A DNA stretch of 61,138 nt from Tannerellaceae bacterium (GCA_031284375.1 JAISZY010000025.1:1-61138), one strand, 5' to 3'; shown: positions 50,101-60,069, numbered from the stretch's first letter. The notes: generated from the letters alone by a model not told the origin. Numbers and translations are program-made.

Positions 50101-50453
50101 TAGATAATAATGTGTTTGTCGTTCAACGCATATTGCAGTCCTTGGTTTCTCAATATGTTATCCAAAATCGTTTCTACGGTTTGCTCGTCCATGTCGACAG
50201 AAACCACCTCTTCCAAATTTACTTCGTCACTGTTGTAAATAATGGAGAATTCCGATTTTTTTTCTATTTCGTTAAACACCTGTTCTATCGTCACATTGTA
50301 CATAGACAAGCTGAACCGGGTTGTTTGAGAATATCCGGAGAATGCCTCAACGTATGAAGAGACACAGACGAGTAAAATACATATATTTCTTATGACATTC
50401 ATTGTTTTTCGGCGCCGGTATGCACATGCATCGGCGCCTGTGTTTTTTTCCAT
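47106..50453 (-). CDS. SusC/RagA-family TonB-dependent transducer with N-terminal STN domain
   Basis: STN segment (TIEQVFNEIEKKS), IRIRGTTS, LKDAS.TA.YGSRGA.GVI and NPDLRWE motifs. Confidence 0.95.
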   Translation of the reverse strand: MEKNTGADACAYRRRKTMNVIRNICILLVCVSSYVEAFSGYSQTTRFSLSMYNVTIEQVFNEIEKKSEFSIIYNSDEVNLEEVVSVDMDEQTVETILDNILRNQGLQYALNDKHIIIYKAQKTSSSNTYPLSIPQQNSRRITGRVTDATGEAIIGATILEKGTQNGTVTDIDGRYSIELREGNNRILVFSYIGYMSKEVRIGSESVANVLLEEDVQRLDDVVVIGYAVGNKRSVSGVVEKVRREDMNTGVITEPLDALKGKVAGVVISNVGGDPTADINIRIRGTTSLSGGNDPLVIIDGVFGDLDMFRAISPSDIESLTILKDASETAQYGSRGASGVIVVSTQRGKAGFSQIEYNGLFGVSHVYKNLSMLTADEWRAGAKKLGFSTNDMGHSTNWTEAIQRQGTLAQTHNLSFTHGNDVSGMRASLGVVDNPGLLKNSGMRNYTAKIDGTQYAFDKKVRFDLGMFGSRREGDQQFDTYRTFYSAASYNPTYPDYKNPETGQWDEDPVAIEVYNPLGMLEISNRNIASRVNVNGRVNYEITKGLNLTGFGSYTYFSNNQRRYIPNDIQQGLMNGNGLAYLQYAERNDLMGNIQLSYVKEVGPHSFNALALLEAQKQIFFESRTRVSGFETNYFKYNNLQAGANISWGDATSNATLYTLLSYMARANYMYDGKYVITANVRRDGSSKLGSGNQWGLFPSASAAWVVSNESFMADLKAINNLKVRVGYGVTGNQDAISPYNSLSLMSPNGTTLVNGSTTTTFAIASNSNPDLRWEKKYTFDVGIDLTMFNSRLRLTADYYTSRTKDMLYTYTVPIPPFVYTTMLANLGEMTNNGFEFAVNGDIIRNKDFSFGIGANVSIQKNKVESLSGTYMGTNFTTSQYIQLASVNATGLTQYAGVTYLTEGSPIGVFYIPHANGLIEKEDGKFLYDIADLDGNGSVDLSDNGDRYIAGQSIPKVYLGSSINLRYKNVDLVAQLNGAFGHKIFNGTNLTFNNLSSFPTYNVIEGALDKSIYDIKISDYYLEKGDYVNIEYITLGYNIPANVLQTKYVKGLRLALSVNNVATITGYSGLTPLINSANTASRSAGASGSGALTLGVDDKLIYPLRRVYSVSVGIKF

Positions 50454-50612
50454 GATAGATACTTTTAATGAACAATAATAGATGATATAATCTCTAAATG
50501 ATATCTTTTAAACAAGATAACAAGTGCATTTCCATCTGTTAAAGATAGAAGAATGCGGTGTGATTTTCTGTTTTATCTCATAGGCCGTATTTTTAAGGGT
50601 TATCGTATCGGG

Positions 50613-51584
50613 TTATCTTTTAACAAATTCAATCATTCCGTTTTGTTTTACGTATTTCCACGAACGTTTGTAAGATAATTTTTCTATTATCTGTTCTATA
50701 TTTTCTCCGTGTTTGAACTGGGCTACATATCGTTCGTTACGGATGGCGTTGGAGGGTATATTTATTTTCGTATTAAACCGCCGTTCCAGAATAAGGGCAA
50801 TTTCGCCCAATGTCTGGTCTCTGAAGATGAGGATTCCATCTTTCCAAGCCGTATAGTCGTCTGCTTTTACATTGCGTTTCTGTATTTCTTTTGTTTTATT
50901 ATCCATCACGAGTTGTTGGTCGGGTTTCAGTAAAATAAGGTCTGCCATGTCATCAACCAAGGGGAGTGCACTCACGCTTCCTTCTTCCAGTGTAAGCGTT
51001 GTTTGAGAATCTTCTTCGTAGGCATTTATGCCGAAACGGGTTCCCAAAACTTTTACAGATAGATTTTTTGTGTGAATGAGAAACGGCTTTTTCACATCTT
51101 TTACCACATCAAAAAAACCCTCGCCGGAGAATGTAATATGCCGGTTATTGCCGAAAAGGGCCGGATACGTTAGTTTAGAACCTCCATTCAGTATTACTTT
51201 TGTGCCGTCAGGAAGAGTTGTTCGCGAAATGACGCCCAAAGGAACATCCAATTCTACTTGTGTCTGCATCATTTGTTTTACGAGCCTGTCGGATTCATAT
51301 CTTTTCCAATAGCTGTGTATGGCTACGGATACGAACGCTATTATCAGAACAGAAGCCACAGACAATGTATAGTGTAATAAGTTACGTCTATGTGCAGGTT
51401 TCGAATAAAGGAGTGAATCCAACCGTATCTTACCGTCTATTTTCCGAAAGATACGTTCTTTGCTTTCATTCATCTGCGGGGAGATGTCCGGATGCTTCAT
51501 GGCATTCACCACATGTAAGATGTCATCTACTATTAAAAAGTCATCCATCTTGTTCACCGGTTCATCTTGTTTGTCTATGTTCAC
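50613..51584 (-). CDS. FecR-family anti-sigma factor
   Basis: TM helix; LPDGTKV.LN..S.L.YP, GE.FFDV, VLGT.F and W..G.L.F motifs. Confidence 0.92.
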   Translation of the reverse strand: MNIDKQDEPVNKMDDFLIVDDILHVVNAMKHPDISPQMNESKERIFRKIDGKIRLDSLLYSKPAHRRNLLHYTLSVASVLIIAFVSVAIHSYWKRYESDRLVKQMMQTQVELDVPLGVISRTTLPDGTKVILNGGSKLTYPALFGNNRHITFSGEGFFDVVKDVKKPFLIHTKNLSVKVLGTRFGINAYEEDSQTTLTLEEGSVSALPLVDDMADLILLKPDQQLVMDNKTKEIQKRNVKADDYTAWKDGILIFRDQTLGEIALILERRFNTKINIPSNAIRNERYVAQFKHGENIEQIIEKLSYKRSWKYVKQNGMIEFVKR

Positions 51585-51663
51585 AATTTATTCTTTTTTA
51601 TTTCTAATTATAGAAGAGTTGTGATAGACCTTTTCCTTATAAGACGAAATGTATATTTAAGAA

Positions 51664-52254
51664 TTATTCACCTCTTCTGTTAAAACGTAGAGAAGGGTCA
51701 TATTTATAGATGATGGATGCTATTTTACGGATGGCGATATGCATCTGTTGTGCAACCGTCCCTTCCGTAATAGAAAGAATATGGGCTATTTCTTTGTATT
51801 TAAGACGTTCTTCGCGAACCATCAGAAAGATAAGTTTGCATCGTTCCGGCAAATCGTCGATAGCTTTATTGAGTATGTTCAGCAAATCTTCTTCTATTAA
51901 TTTACTATCAATGGCTGTTGTATCTACGTATAGTTTTATCTCGATATCATCAATAGATATATTGAAATATTTTTCTTTCTGTTTCAAATAAGCATACGCT
52001 TCATTCCGACTGACAATATATAACCAGGCCTTCAGGTCTTGGATGGATAGAAGTGTGTCCCGTTGTTTCCAGATAATGTAAAATACTTCGGCAACCACGT
52101 CTTCGCAATCGTTCTCGTTGTGTAAAAAATAACGAGTAAACCGATATACCGTAGGGTATACGATGTCGTAGAAAGACTGGAAGGCACGTTGGTCGCCGGA
52201 AGCAATGCGGTTTAATAATATTTCTGATATAAAAGAACTTTCCTCCATCTGCAT
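51664..52254 (-). CDS. ECF-type sigma-70 factor (Bacteroides expansion type)
   Basis: GDQRAF, EDVVAEVF, LPERC..IF...R and KYKEIA..L.I..GTV motifs. Confidence 0.92.
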   Translation of the reverse strand: MQMEESSFISEILLNRIASGDQRAFQSFYDIVYPTVYRFTRYFLHNENDCEDVVAEVFYIIWKQRDTLLSIQDLKAWLYIVSRNEAYAYLKQKEKYFNISIDDIEIKLYVDTTAIDSKLIEEDLLNILNKAIDDLPERCKLIFLMVREERLKYKEIAHILSITEGTVAQQMHIAIRKIASIIYKYDPSLRFNRRGE

Positions 52255-52282
52255 TAGTGGTTAGTTAGTGATTAGTGGGTTA

Positions 52283-52381
52283 GTGGGGGCGCGTCATTGC
52301 GAACCTGAAGGGTGAAGCAATCCAGGTTCCCCCACACAACTCTGGATTGCTTCACTGCGTTCGCAATGACGCGCCCCCCAC
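52283..52381. repeat. REP-like palindrome family C, copy 2
   Basis: GGGGGCGCGTCATTGCGAAC...GTTCGCAATGACGCGCCCCC; same core as 27045-27124. Confidence 0.85.
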
Positions 52382-52396
52382 CGAACCACGTAATCC

Positions 52397-54751
52397 TCAT
52401 TCCGCCTTAATATTCTCCACCGGATTGGCATTGGCGGCACGCCAGTTCTGGAAGGTTACTACGCTTATCGTAAAGAGAGCTACCACCACAAAAGCGGCCG
52501 GATAAACCCACCAGTGAAGCGGGGTACGGTAGGCGAAGTTCTCCAACCATCTGCTCACAGCATACCAGGCCAACGGGGCGGCCAGGACGAAACATAACAC
52601 CAAGATACGCAAGTATACTTTGTTGAACAGGAGTAATATCCCACTCGTGGTGGAACCGAATATCTTCCGTAGACTTATTTCCTTCCGACGGTATTCGCTG
52701 TCGAACACCACCAGACCGAAGACGCCTACGATAGAGATAAGGATAGCCACGAAGCTGAAAAGCGAAATCATCGTGCCGAGCTTTTGCTCCTTCTCGTAGG
52801 TTTCGTTCAGAATCTCGTCGAAGAAACGGACGTTGAAGGGGTATTCTCCGTCGAACTCTTTCAACGTATTGCGAACGTGTGCGATGGCGGCACGCATGTC
52901 GCTCCCGGCTTTTACTTTTACGTAGGCGTACTCCAATGAGCCGGCCCACCAGTTCGGCTCACTCCAAGGCCCGGTCCAAAGATAGAAGGCCATCGGCTCG
53001 ACCGTCTGGTGGAGGGATGCAAACTTTATGTCGGGTATGAAACCGACAATTTCGACGCTGTCCCGTAGTTGGTCGTTCAATGCCAGATTGTAGGTTTCGC
53101 GTGCTCTTTCGTTGAAGATGTACGCACCGCGGTTGGCGTCTTGTTCGCGGAAACCTCGCCCTTCTGTCGCCTCTATACCTATCACATCTAAGAAGGAGTG
53201 GTCTACCGGCAGGCAGAGAAATTGTATTTTCTCGTCGTGGTAATCGCGTCCCCACCTCATGAATGGTTCGTTGGCGGAAAGAAGAAACTGAGAGAAACCA
53301 ATGCCGTCAATGCCGGCAAAACCTTTCAGTTGATTCTTGAAAGCCTGGCCTTCTTTGCGGATGGCGTCGTTTAGATCGGTGATAATGAGTTGGTCTTTCC
53401 CGTACCCCAGCGGAGTATGCCGCATGAAGTGATTTTGCAGATACATAAACGACGCGCCGATGATGAGCGCAAACGAGGCAATGAACTGCACGCTTATCAG
53501 TACGTTCCGGAGCTGTCGTCCTTTCGGCGAAAGGCCAAAGTTGCCTTTCAACACCAGCGCCGGAGGGAAAGACGTCATATAACGAGCCGGATAAATGCCG
53601 GCCAGCAAACCGGTAACGATGGCTACGCATCCTGTCAGAGCAACCAAGCCGGGATGTGCCGCGAGAGACAAGTCGGCATCCACTAAAGGAGCGACAAACG
53701 TATCCTGCGCCGCCGATACGAAGAACAACGCAATCAGATACGATACAAAGGCGATGGCCACCGCCTCCAAGACTAAGGCGAAGCGGATTGTTTGCTCATC
53801 GCCTCCCAACACCTTTTGCGTATTGATGCTCCGGATGCGCTTGGGCGTAAGGGCGGCGCTGAAGTTGGTATAGTTTATTCCGGCAATGAGTATAATGATA
53901 AGGGCGATGCCGGAGAGGATAAACAACGTTTGCCGACTGGCCTTGGGCGACGATTCGTACAATACGTCTGTGGTAAAATGCGTGTCGGCTAAGGGAGTAA
54001 ACCGGAAGTTGAAGCGTTCGAGACTTTTGGCCCGGTCGGCATCGAGCGTTCGCTTAAAATTCTCGGCCAGCCCTGCTACATTCGCCGGATCATCTATGCA
54101 AGCGTAGGCTATATAACTAACGTTTCTCCATTCGTTCAGGTTTTCGTCTTGGGGGATGGGGAGATACACTACATTGCGCGTAGAGGTATTGCGGGGGAAA
54201 TCGCGGTAAACGCCCCCTATTGTATACGTTTTGTCTTTTTCTTCCAACAGCCTGCCGGTGGCCGGTTCGCCGGCGAAAAGTTTACGTGCCAAGCTTTCGG
54301 GGATGAGCGCCTTTTCGGGGTCGTTCAGCGCCCGGCTGTCGCCTTCCAGCATATCGAAGGGAAAGACGTCGGGATAGCCGGTCGAGACTTTGAGCGACAT
54401 TTCCTTATAGTAGTCTTTCCTGTTGCTGCTTGCTACCGAGAAAAACATCTGCTCCGGCAGGTAGGAAGTAAACGTGCCGCCTACTACGTGCGGCGACGAG
54501 GTGGTAAGGCTTTCTAACAACGGACGACTGACAATTCCTATCCATTCGTCCCCTCCCAATGCGCCTTGCTGTTCTACCCGATAAATCCGGTCGGCATGGG
54601 GATGCGAGCGATCAAAGCCACGGTCGTACTCCACCTGCATCAGGATAATCATAAAGGCGGCGAAAGCCACCGAAAGTCCCAACATATTCAACGCCGTTGC
54701 CATCTTAAACCGGCGGAGGATGCTAAGGAAGTTGCGAAGTATTGTTTTCAT
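52397..54751 (-). CDS. MacB/FtsX-type ABC transporter permease (paralogue 3)
   Basis: N..GLSVAF, INYTN, QF..S, EI..RK.FG, WLENFAY and ANANPV motifs. Start MKTILRN. Confidence 0.92.
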   Translation of the reverse strand: MKTILRNFLSILRRFKMATALNMLGLSVAFAAFMIILMQVEYDRGFDRSHPHADRIYRVEQQGALGGDEWIGIVSRPLLESLTTSSPHVVGGTFTSYLPEQMFFSVASSNRKDYYKEMSLKVSTGYPDVFPFDMLEGDSRALNDPEKALIPESLARKLFAGEPATGRLLEEKDKTYTIGGVYRDFPRNTSTRNVVYLPIPQDENLNEWRNVSYIAYACIDDPANVAGLAENFKRTLDADRAKSLERFNFRFTPLADTHFTTDVLYESSPKASRQTLFILSGIALIIILIAGINYTNFSAALTPKRIRSINTQKVLGGDEQTIRFALVLEAVAIAFVSYLIALFFVSAAQDTFVAPLVDADLSLAAHPGLVALTGCVAIVTGLLAGIYPARYMTSFPPALVLKGNFGLSPKGRQLRNVLISVQFIASFALIIGASFMYLQNHFMRHTPLGYGKDQLIITDLNDAIRKEGQAFKNQLKGFAGIDGIGFSQFLLSANEPFMRWGRDYHDEKIQFLCLPVDHSFLDVIGIEATEGRGFREQDANRGAYIFNERARETYNLALNDQLRDSVEIVGFIPDIKFASLHQTVEPMAFYLWTGPWSEPNWWAGSLEYAYVKVKAGSDMRAAIAHVRNTLKEFDGEYPFNVRFFDEILNETYEKEQKLGTMISLFSFVAILISIVGVFGLVVFDSEYRRKEISLRKIFGSTTSGILLLFNKVYLRILVLCFVLAAPLAWYAVSRWLENFAYRTPLHWWVYPAAFVVVALFTISVVTFQNWRAANANPVENIKAE

Positions 54752-54838
54752 ATAAATCTTAATTTTAATTATCAACTAATCACTAACCAGTATTTTACTA
54801 ACCACTATTCATTATCTTTGCTCGAAAAACAAAGAATT

Positions 54839-55078
54839 ATGCAATCAATACAGCTCATTAAACAAAAGTCTGATATTATATCCTGGGTTACCGGACTGGA
54901 AGACAAAGAAACAATCCGTCAACTTCATCGTATGGCTACGGCTCATCCTCAAAAAGACCCGGTAAAGCTTTCGCCCGCCAAGGTGGAACTGCTGAAAACA
55001 GCCGAACAGAACATAAAAGACGGGCGGATATTTACCGAAGAAGAACTGGAAGAACTCGATAAACACTTATTTGAATGA
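54839..55078 (+). CDS. Putative type II antitoxin (addiction-module-like), 79 aa
   Basis: Small protein with acidic tail (AEQNIKDGRIFTEEEL), TATCTTTG promoter motif upstream, ATGA overlap with a toxin remnant. Confidence 0.6.
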   Translation: MQSIQLIKQKSDIISWVTGLEDKETIRQLHRMATAHPQKDPVKLSPAKVELLKTAEQNIKDGRIFTEEELEELDKHLFE

Positions 55079-55154
55079 AAGTGTTTTGGCCTTCTGGGAT
55101 AATCGCCAAAGCGAAGAAAAACTGTTGTCCCTTCTCCGTACCTCAGGGATATAA
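55075..55154 (+). pseudogene. Internally deleted RelE/ParE-family toxin remnant
   Basis: MKVFW start is joined out of frame to AFWDNRQSEEKLLSLL, matching typical N- and C-termini of Bacteroidetes ParE-like toxins. Confidence 0.6.
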
Positions 55155-55232
55155 TCATGGATGTTAAAGAGCGCCCTTTTTAGTGGGTTAGTGGGGCCGC
55201 AGTGACGTGCCTCCCACCTAACCACGTAATCC

Positions 55233-57584
55233 TCATTCCGCCTTAATATTCTCCACCGGATTGGCATTGGCGGCACGCCAGTTCTGGAAGGTGACGACCG
55301 CTATCGTAAAGAGAGCCACCACCGCGAAGGCGGCCGGATAAACCCACCAGTGAAGCGGCGTCCGGTAGGCAAAGTTCTCTAACCAACGGCTCACGGCGTA
55401 CCAGGCCGGCGGAGCGGCCAAGATGAAACAGAGCGCCAGGATGCGCAGGTAGACTTTGTTGAACAAAAGTAATATCCCGCCCGTGGTGGAACCGAATATC
55501 TTCCGCAAACTAATTTCCTTCCGACGGTATTCGCTGTCGAACACCACCAGACCAAAGACGCCTACAATGGAAATCAAAATAGTGACTAAACTGAAAAGCG
55601 AAATCAGCGTGCCCAGCTTCTGTTCTTTTTGATATGTCCGATCCAGCACCTCGTCGAAGAAACGGACGTTGAAGGGGTATTCGTTGTCGAACTCCTTCAG
55701 CGTATTGCGCACATGCTCGATGGCGGCACGCATATCGCTCCCGGCCTTTACCTTTACGTAGGCTGTGCGCGGATTGATGCCCCAGTTCTGCGTGCCCCAT
55801 ACGTAGAAGGCCATGGGGGAAACTTCCTTGCGAAGGGAGGCGAACTTTACGTCGGGCATGAAGCCGATGATTTCGGCGCTGTCTATGTGGTCGTTCAGCG
55901 CTAAGTCGAGGCTGTTGCGGGCCTTTTCGTTAAAGATATACGCGCCGTGGCGAGTCAGGGCGTCTTCTTCGCGAAAATTCCGCCCCTCGGTTATGTCTAT
56001 TTCCATCACCTTAAGAAAAGACGGGTCTACGGGCAAACATTGGTAGTTGATTTCCCTGTCGTGGTAATCTCGCCCCCATCCCATGTACTGGTCGCCGCTG
56101 GAAAGGAGAAACTGCGAGTAGGTAACGTCCTGTATGCCGGCAAAGTTTTTCAGTTGATTGCCGAAGGCGTCAAGCCCTTTGTTGATGTTGTCGTTGATAT
56201 AGGCCACAATGAGCTGGTCTTTTCCGAATCCCAGCGACGTATGTTGCATAAACCGGTTTTGCAGATACATAAACGAGGCGCCGATTATCAAGGCAAACGA
56301 GGCGATAAACTGTACGCTTATCAGCACGTTGCGGAGTTGCCGTCCTTTCGGCGAGAGGCCAAAGCTGCCTTTCAATACCAGCGCCGGAGGGAAAGACGTC
56401 ATATACCGCGCCGGATAGATGCCGGCCAGCAAACCGGTAAGGAGGGCCAGCACACCCGTAAGGGCTGTCAGCCGGGGATGCGCCGCAAGCGACAGGTCGG
56501 CATCTACCAAGCCGGCCAGCGGGGTAGACTTTGCCGCCACAATCGTTACCAAGGCAATCAGGTAGGCAATCAGCCCGATGGCAACGGCTTCGGAGAGCAG
56601 CGCAAAGCGGATAACGCCTTCGTCGCCCCCCAGCACCTTTTGCGTATTGATGCTCTTGATGCGCTTGGGCGTAAGAGCGGCGCTGAAATTGGTGTAGTTG
56701 ATACCCGCTATAAGAACAATCACAAAGGCGATGCCGAAGAGGATGAGTAGCGTAGTGCGACTGGATTTGGGCGCCGTGTCGTACGTTACATCGGTACTGA
56801 AATGTGTTTCGGCAAGGGGAGTGAGGCGGATGGAAAACGTTTCGGCCAAGTTGGAGTTCCAGCTTTGCATGGCGGAGAAGTCGAAGTTCTTTTTGAAGTT
56901 ATCGAACAAGCCCTCCGCATTTTCCGGTTCGTTTACGCGGAGGTAGGCCAGGTAGTTCCAGTTGCCCCAGTTGTGCGCATTTTCTTCCGGCGGGATGGGC
57001 AGGTAAATTACGTTGGGCGTAGAAGCATTGGCCGGGAAGTCGCGGAAGACGCCTCCCACGGTATAGGTTTTATCCCGGCCGATGAGTTGTTTGCCCGTAG
57101 CCGGCTCGTCTGCAAAGAGTTTGCGTGCCAGGCTTTCGGGGATAAGCGCTTTTTCGGGGTCGTCCAGCGCCCGGTCGCTTCCTTCCAGCATATCGGGCGT
57201 AAAGACGTCGGGAAAGCCGGGCGATGCGGTCAGGGCGTTTTCTAAGAAGAAATGCTTTTCGCCTTGAGACTCTACCGAGAAGAATATCTGCCACGGCAGA
57301 TTAAAATACGTACCGCCCACGATATGGGGCGAGGAGGCGATAAAGGCGTCTATCAGCGGACGGTTGACGATGGCTTGCCAGTCGTTGCCCATCACGGCGC
57401 TCACTTCGGCTCGATAGATACGGTCGGCATGGGGATGCGAGCGGTCGAAATTCCGGTCGTAATCCACCTGCATCATAATCATCATAAAGGCGGCGAAGGC
57501 CACCGAGAGGCCGAGGATGTTCAGCGCCACGGCCATCTTGAATCGCCGGAGTACGGCGAGGAAGTTACGAAGTATTGTTTTCAT
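55233..57584 (-). CDS. MacB/FtsX-type ABC transporter permease (paralogue 2)
   Basis: Same motifs; TM regions near-identical to 52397-54751. Confidence 0.92.
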   Translation of the reverse strand: MKTILRNFLAVLRRFKMAVALNILGLSVAFAAFMMIMMQVDYDRNFDRSHPHADRIYRAEVSAVMGNDWQAIVNRPLIDAFIASSPHIVGGTYFNLPWQIFFSVESQGEKHFFLENALTASPGFPDVFTPDMLEGSDRALDDPEKALIPESLARKLFADEPATGKQLIGRDKTYTVGGVFRDFPANASTPNVIYLPIPPEENAHNWGNWNYLAYLRVNEPENAEGLFDNFKKNFDFSAMQSWNSNLAETFSIRLTPLAETHFSTDVTYDTAPKSSRTTLLILFGIAFVIVLIAGINYTNFSAALTPKRIKSINTQKVLGGDEGVIRFALLSEAVAIGLIAYLIALVTIVAAKSTPLAGLVDADLSLAAHPRLTALTGVLALLTGLLAGIYPARYMTSFPPALVLKGSFGLSPKGRQLRNVLISVQFIASFALIIGASFMYLQNRFMQHTSLGFGKDQLIVAYINDNINKGLDAFGNQLKNFAGIQDVTYSQFLLSSGDQYMGWGRDYHDREINYQCLPVDPSFLKVMEIDITEGRNFREEDALTRHGAYIFNEKARNSLDLALNDHIDSAEIIGFMPDVKFASLRKEVSPMAFYVWGTQNWGINPRTAYVKVKAGSDMRAAIEHVRNTLKEFDNEYPFNVRFFDEVLDRTYQKEQKLGTLISLFSLVTILISIVGVFGLVVFDSEYRRKEISLRKIFGSTTGGILLLFNKVYLRILALCFILAAPPAWYAVSRWLENFAYRTPLHWWVYPAAFAVVALFTIAVVTFQNWRAANANPVENIKAE

Positions 57585-57672
57585 ATAAATCTTAATTTTC
57601 ATATATTAATTTGCCGGTGGAAGACCAGCCGCCCGACTGGTGATTGACCAACTATCCGATGGGCTTTTCCTT

Positions 57673-60069
57673 TCATTCCGTACGTATGCTATCTACCGGG
57701 TTTGCATTAGCCGCCTGCCGACTTTGAACGCTCACGGTAATGAATGTAACCAGTGCAATGAGGGCAAAGGCCGCCGCAAACACCCACCAATAAAGCGGCG
57801 TTCGGTATGCAAAGTTTTCCAGCCACCGGCCAATGCCGTACCAGGCCACCGGAGCGGCAACTACGAAACAGATGCAAACAATGCGGAAATATACCTTGTT
57901 GAACATCCCCAATATCTCGCCCAACGTGGCTCCGTGTACCTTGCGGATGCCTATTTCCTTGCGCCTGTGTTGCGTCTCGAACAAGACTAAACCGAAAACG
58001 CCCATCACGGAAATAAGGATGGCCAGCAGGCTAAGCAGGGAAATGGCCTTGTTCAGGTACTCTTCCTTGCGGTAAAGCCGGTCGTAAACCTGATCGTAGA
58101 ACTCGATATCGAACGGATATGCAGGGTCGATGGAAGCCAGCGTTTGGCGGATATGCTTCACGGCTTCCGGGATGTTTGTTCCGGCTTTCAGGCGGATAAA
58201 AGAAATGGGGAGGAGCGGATACGGAGAATTAACCAGAAAGGTCACATAGTCGGTTTCTTTCCGCAGAGAAGTAATCTTTACATCGCCCGCAATGCCGGCC
58301 ACCCGTCCGGGAAGGTTTCCCCAGGAGGTCATTTCTATCAAGTCGCCCGGCTTCAAACCTATTGTGCTTAGTTCTTTATAGAGCGATTGGTTGAAGATAT
58401 ACGTCTGCTGTGCACCCGGCTGCTCGTCGGAAGGCAAGAAATCCCGTCCTTCCCGGATGGAGATGCCCATTACCTGCATAAAGTTGTGCGATACTTCCAG
58501 CACATAGCAGCCAAACGTTGCGTCTTTATACTTCAATCCATATTGCGTATAGGTATCGGCGGCGCCGATTTTCAGCCGCGAAAAAGCCACATCTTCTATC
58601 CCCGGGTATTCTTTGAGACCATTCACGTACGCATCCTTGCTATTGCGATACATACTGCCGCTCATCTCCACGATGGCCACCTGGTCTTTGTCGAATCCCT
58701 GATTGTAGGTGCGCATATAGTTGTTTTGCAATTGTACAAAGCCGGCGGCCACAATCAGTCCGATAGAAATCACGTATTGGAAACCAACCAGCAGGATGCG
58801 CAAGGTTCTTCCGGAAGACGAGAGGGCGAAATTCCCTTTCAGCGCCATGGCCGGCTGAAAAGACGTAACGTACCAGGCCGGATAGAGACCGGCCAGCAGA
58901 CCCGTTGCCAGAGCAATCAGTCCGGTGGCGAGCGCTATGGGTAGATGATGCGGAAAACTCAAGTCGGCCTCTATAAAAGACAGCAACCGGTAATGGTTCA
59001 GCACGCCTACGATACCCATCGCTACCAGCCAGGAGACAAAGGTAGTAACCAACGCTTCGCTCAATAGCGTCCCCCGTAGAGCCTTGGTAGAACTGCCCAG
59101 AATCTTCTGGGTGTTGATGCTCTTTACCCGCGCCGGGGCCAAGGCGATGCTGAAGTTGGTAAAGTTAATGCCGGCAATGAGAACAATCAGGAGGGCGATA
59201 CCGAAGAGTATCCGTACTGTATTCTCGTTGCCTACTTTAAATATCCCTCCAAACCTCTGGGCGGCATCACCGGCAAGATAAATATCGGTGATTGGCGTAA
59301 GGCGTATGCTCAGCTTGTCGCTATTGGGGTTCCAGACGGGAGAGAAATCAAGACGTTGGTTTATTTCGGCCTCTACCTTGGCGGCCTCTTCTTGTTGGTT
59401 CAGCAGGAGGTAGCAGATAAAGTTGCTCGATTGCCAGTCGCTCGCCATGGTACGGTCTATGGCGGTGTAGATTACGTTGTTCAGTTGCGTATTTTCGGGG
59501 AAATCCCGGTACACGCCTCCTATCGTAAGCGTTTTGGGTTGCTCTTTGGTCCAGAGAAACTCGTTCACCAAGAGCGTTTCGCCTACGGCTGATTGACCGG
59601 CAAACATCCTTCGGGCCATACTCAGGGGGATCATCACCTTTTCCGGATCGTTGAGGCAAGCGGCATCCCCTTCTACAAAAGAGAATCCGAAGATGCGGGT
59701 AATATCCGGATAGCAAGTAACGAACCGCTCCCGAAAGCCTTGTTTTTCTTCTCCCTCGCCTACGGTCACATAAATCCTGCTCAGAAACGGGTTGATCAGC
59801 GTACCGGTCTCGATGCGGGGCGACGCAGCAATGACGGCATCCACCAGCGGACGTGCATGGATAGCATACTCGCCGTCGCCCCGGAAGATATCGGCCCGGA
59901 AGATATGTTGCGCCTGCGGATGCGAATCCTCGAAAGTCCATTCGTGCCGCACCTGCTCCATAATCACCATAAAGGCGGCAAAGGCGACGGACAGCCCCAG
60001 GACATTCAGGACGATGGCCATCCTGAATCGCCTGAGTATGCCGAGGAAGTTGCGAAGTATTGTTTTCAT
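57673..60069 (-). CDS. MacB/FtsX-type ABC transporter permease (paralogue 1)
   Basis: Same motifs including KEIGIRKVHGA; overlaps the ATPase stop codon. Confidence 0.92.
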   Translation of the reverse strand: MKTILRNFLGILRRFRMAIVLNVLGLSVAFAAFMVIMEQVRHEWTFEDSHPQAQHIFRADIFRGDGEYAIHARPLVDAVIAASPRIETGTLINPFLSRIYVTVGEGEEKQGFRERFVTCYPDITRIFGFSFVEGDAACLNDPEKVMIPLSMARRMFAGQSAVGETLLVNEFLWTKEQPKTLTIGGVYRDFPENTQLNNVIYTAIDRTMASDWQSSNFICYLLLNQQEEAAKVEAEINQRLDFSPVWNPNSDKLSIRLTPITDIYLAGDAAQRFGGIFKVGNENTVRILFGIALLIVLIAGINFTNFSIALAPARVKSINTQKILGSSTKALRGTLLSEALVTTFVSWLVAMGIVGVLNHYRLLSFIEADLSFPHHLPIALATGLIALATGLLAGLYPAWYVTSFQPAMALKGNFALSSSGRTLRILLVGFQYVISIGLIVAAGFVQLQNNYMRTYNQGFDKDQVAIVEMSGSMYRNSKDAYVNGLKEYPGIEDVAFSRLKIGAADTYTQYGLKYKDATFGCYVLEVSHNFMQVMGISIREGRDFLPSDEQPGAQQTYIFNQSLYKELSTIGLKPGDLIEMTSWGNLPGRVAGIAGDVKITSLRKETDYVTFLVNSPYPLLPISFIRLKAGTNIPEAVKHIRQTLASIDPAYPFDIEFYDQVYDRLYRKEEYLNKAISLLSLLAILISVMGVFGLVLFETQHRRKEIGIRKVHGATLGEILGMFNKVYFRIVCICFVVAAPVAWYGIGRWLENFAYRTPLYWWVFAAAFALIALVTFITVSVQSRQAANANPVDSIRTE

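Noticed and set aside
54566-54838. 170-aa version of the antitoxin-like ORF
   Set aside because: The upstream part is antisense to the permease; the promoter motif and ATG support a start at 54839.
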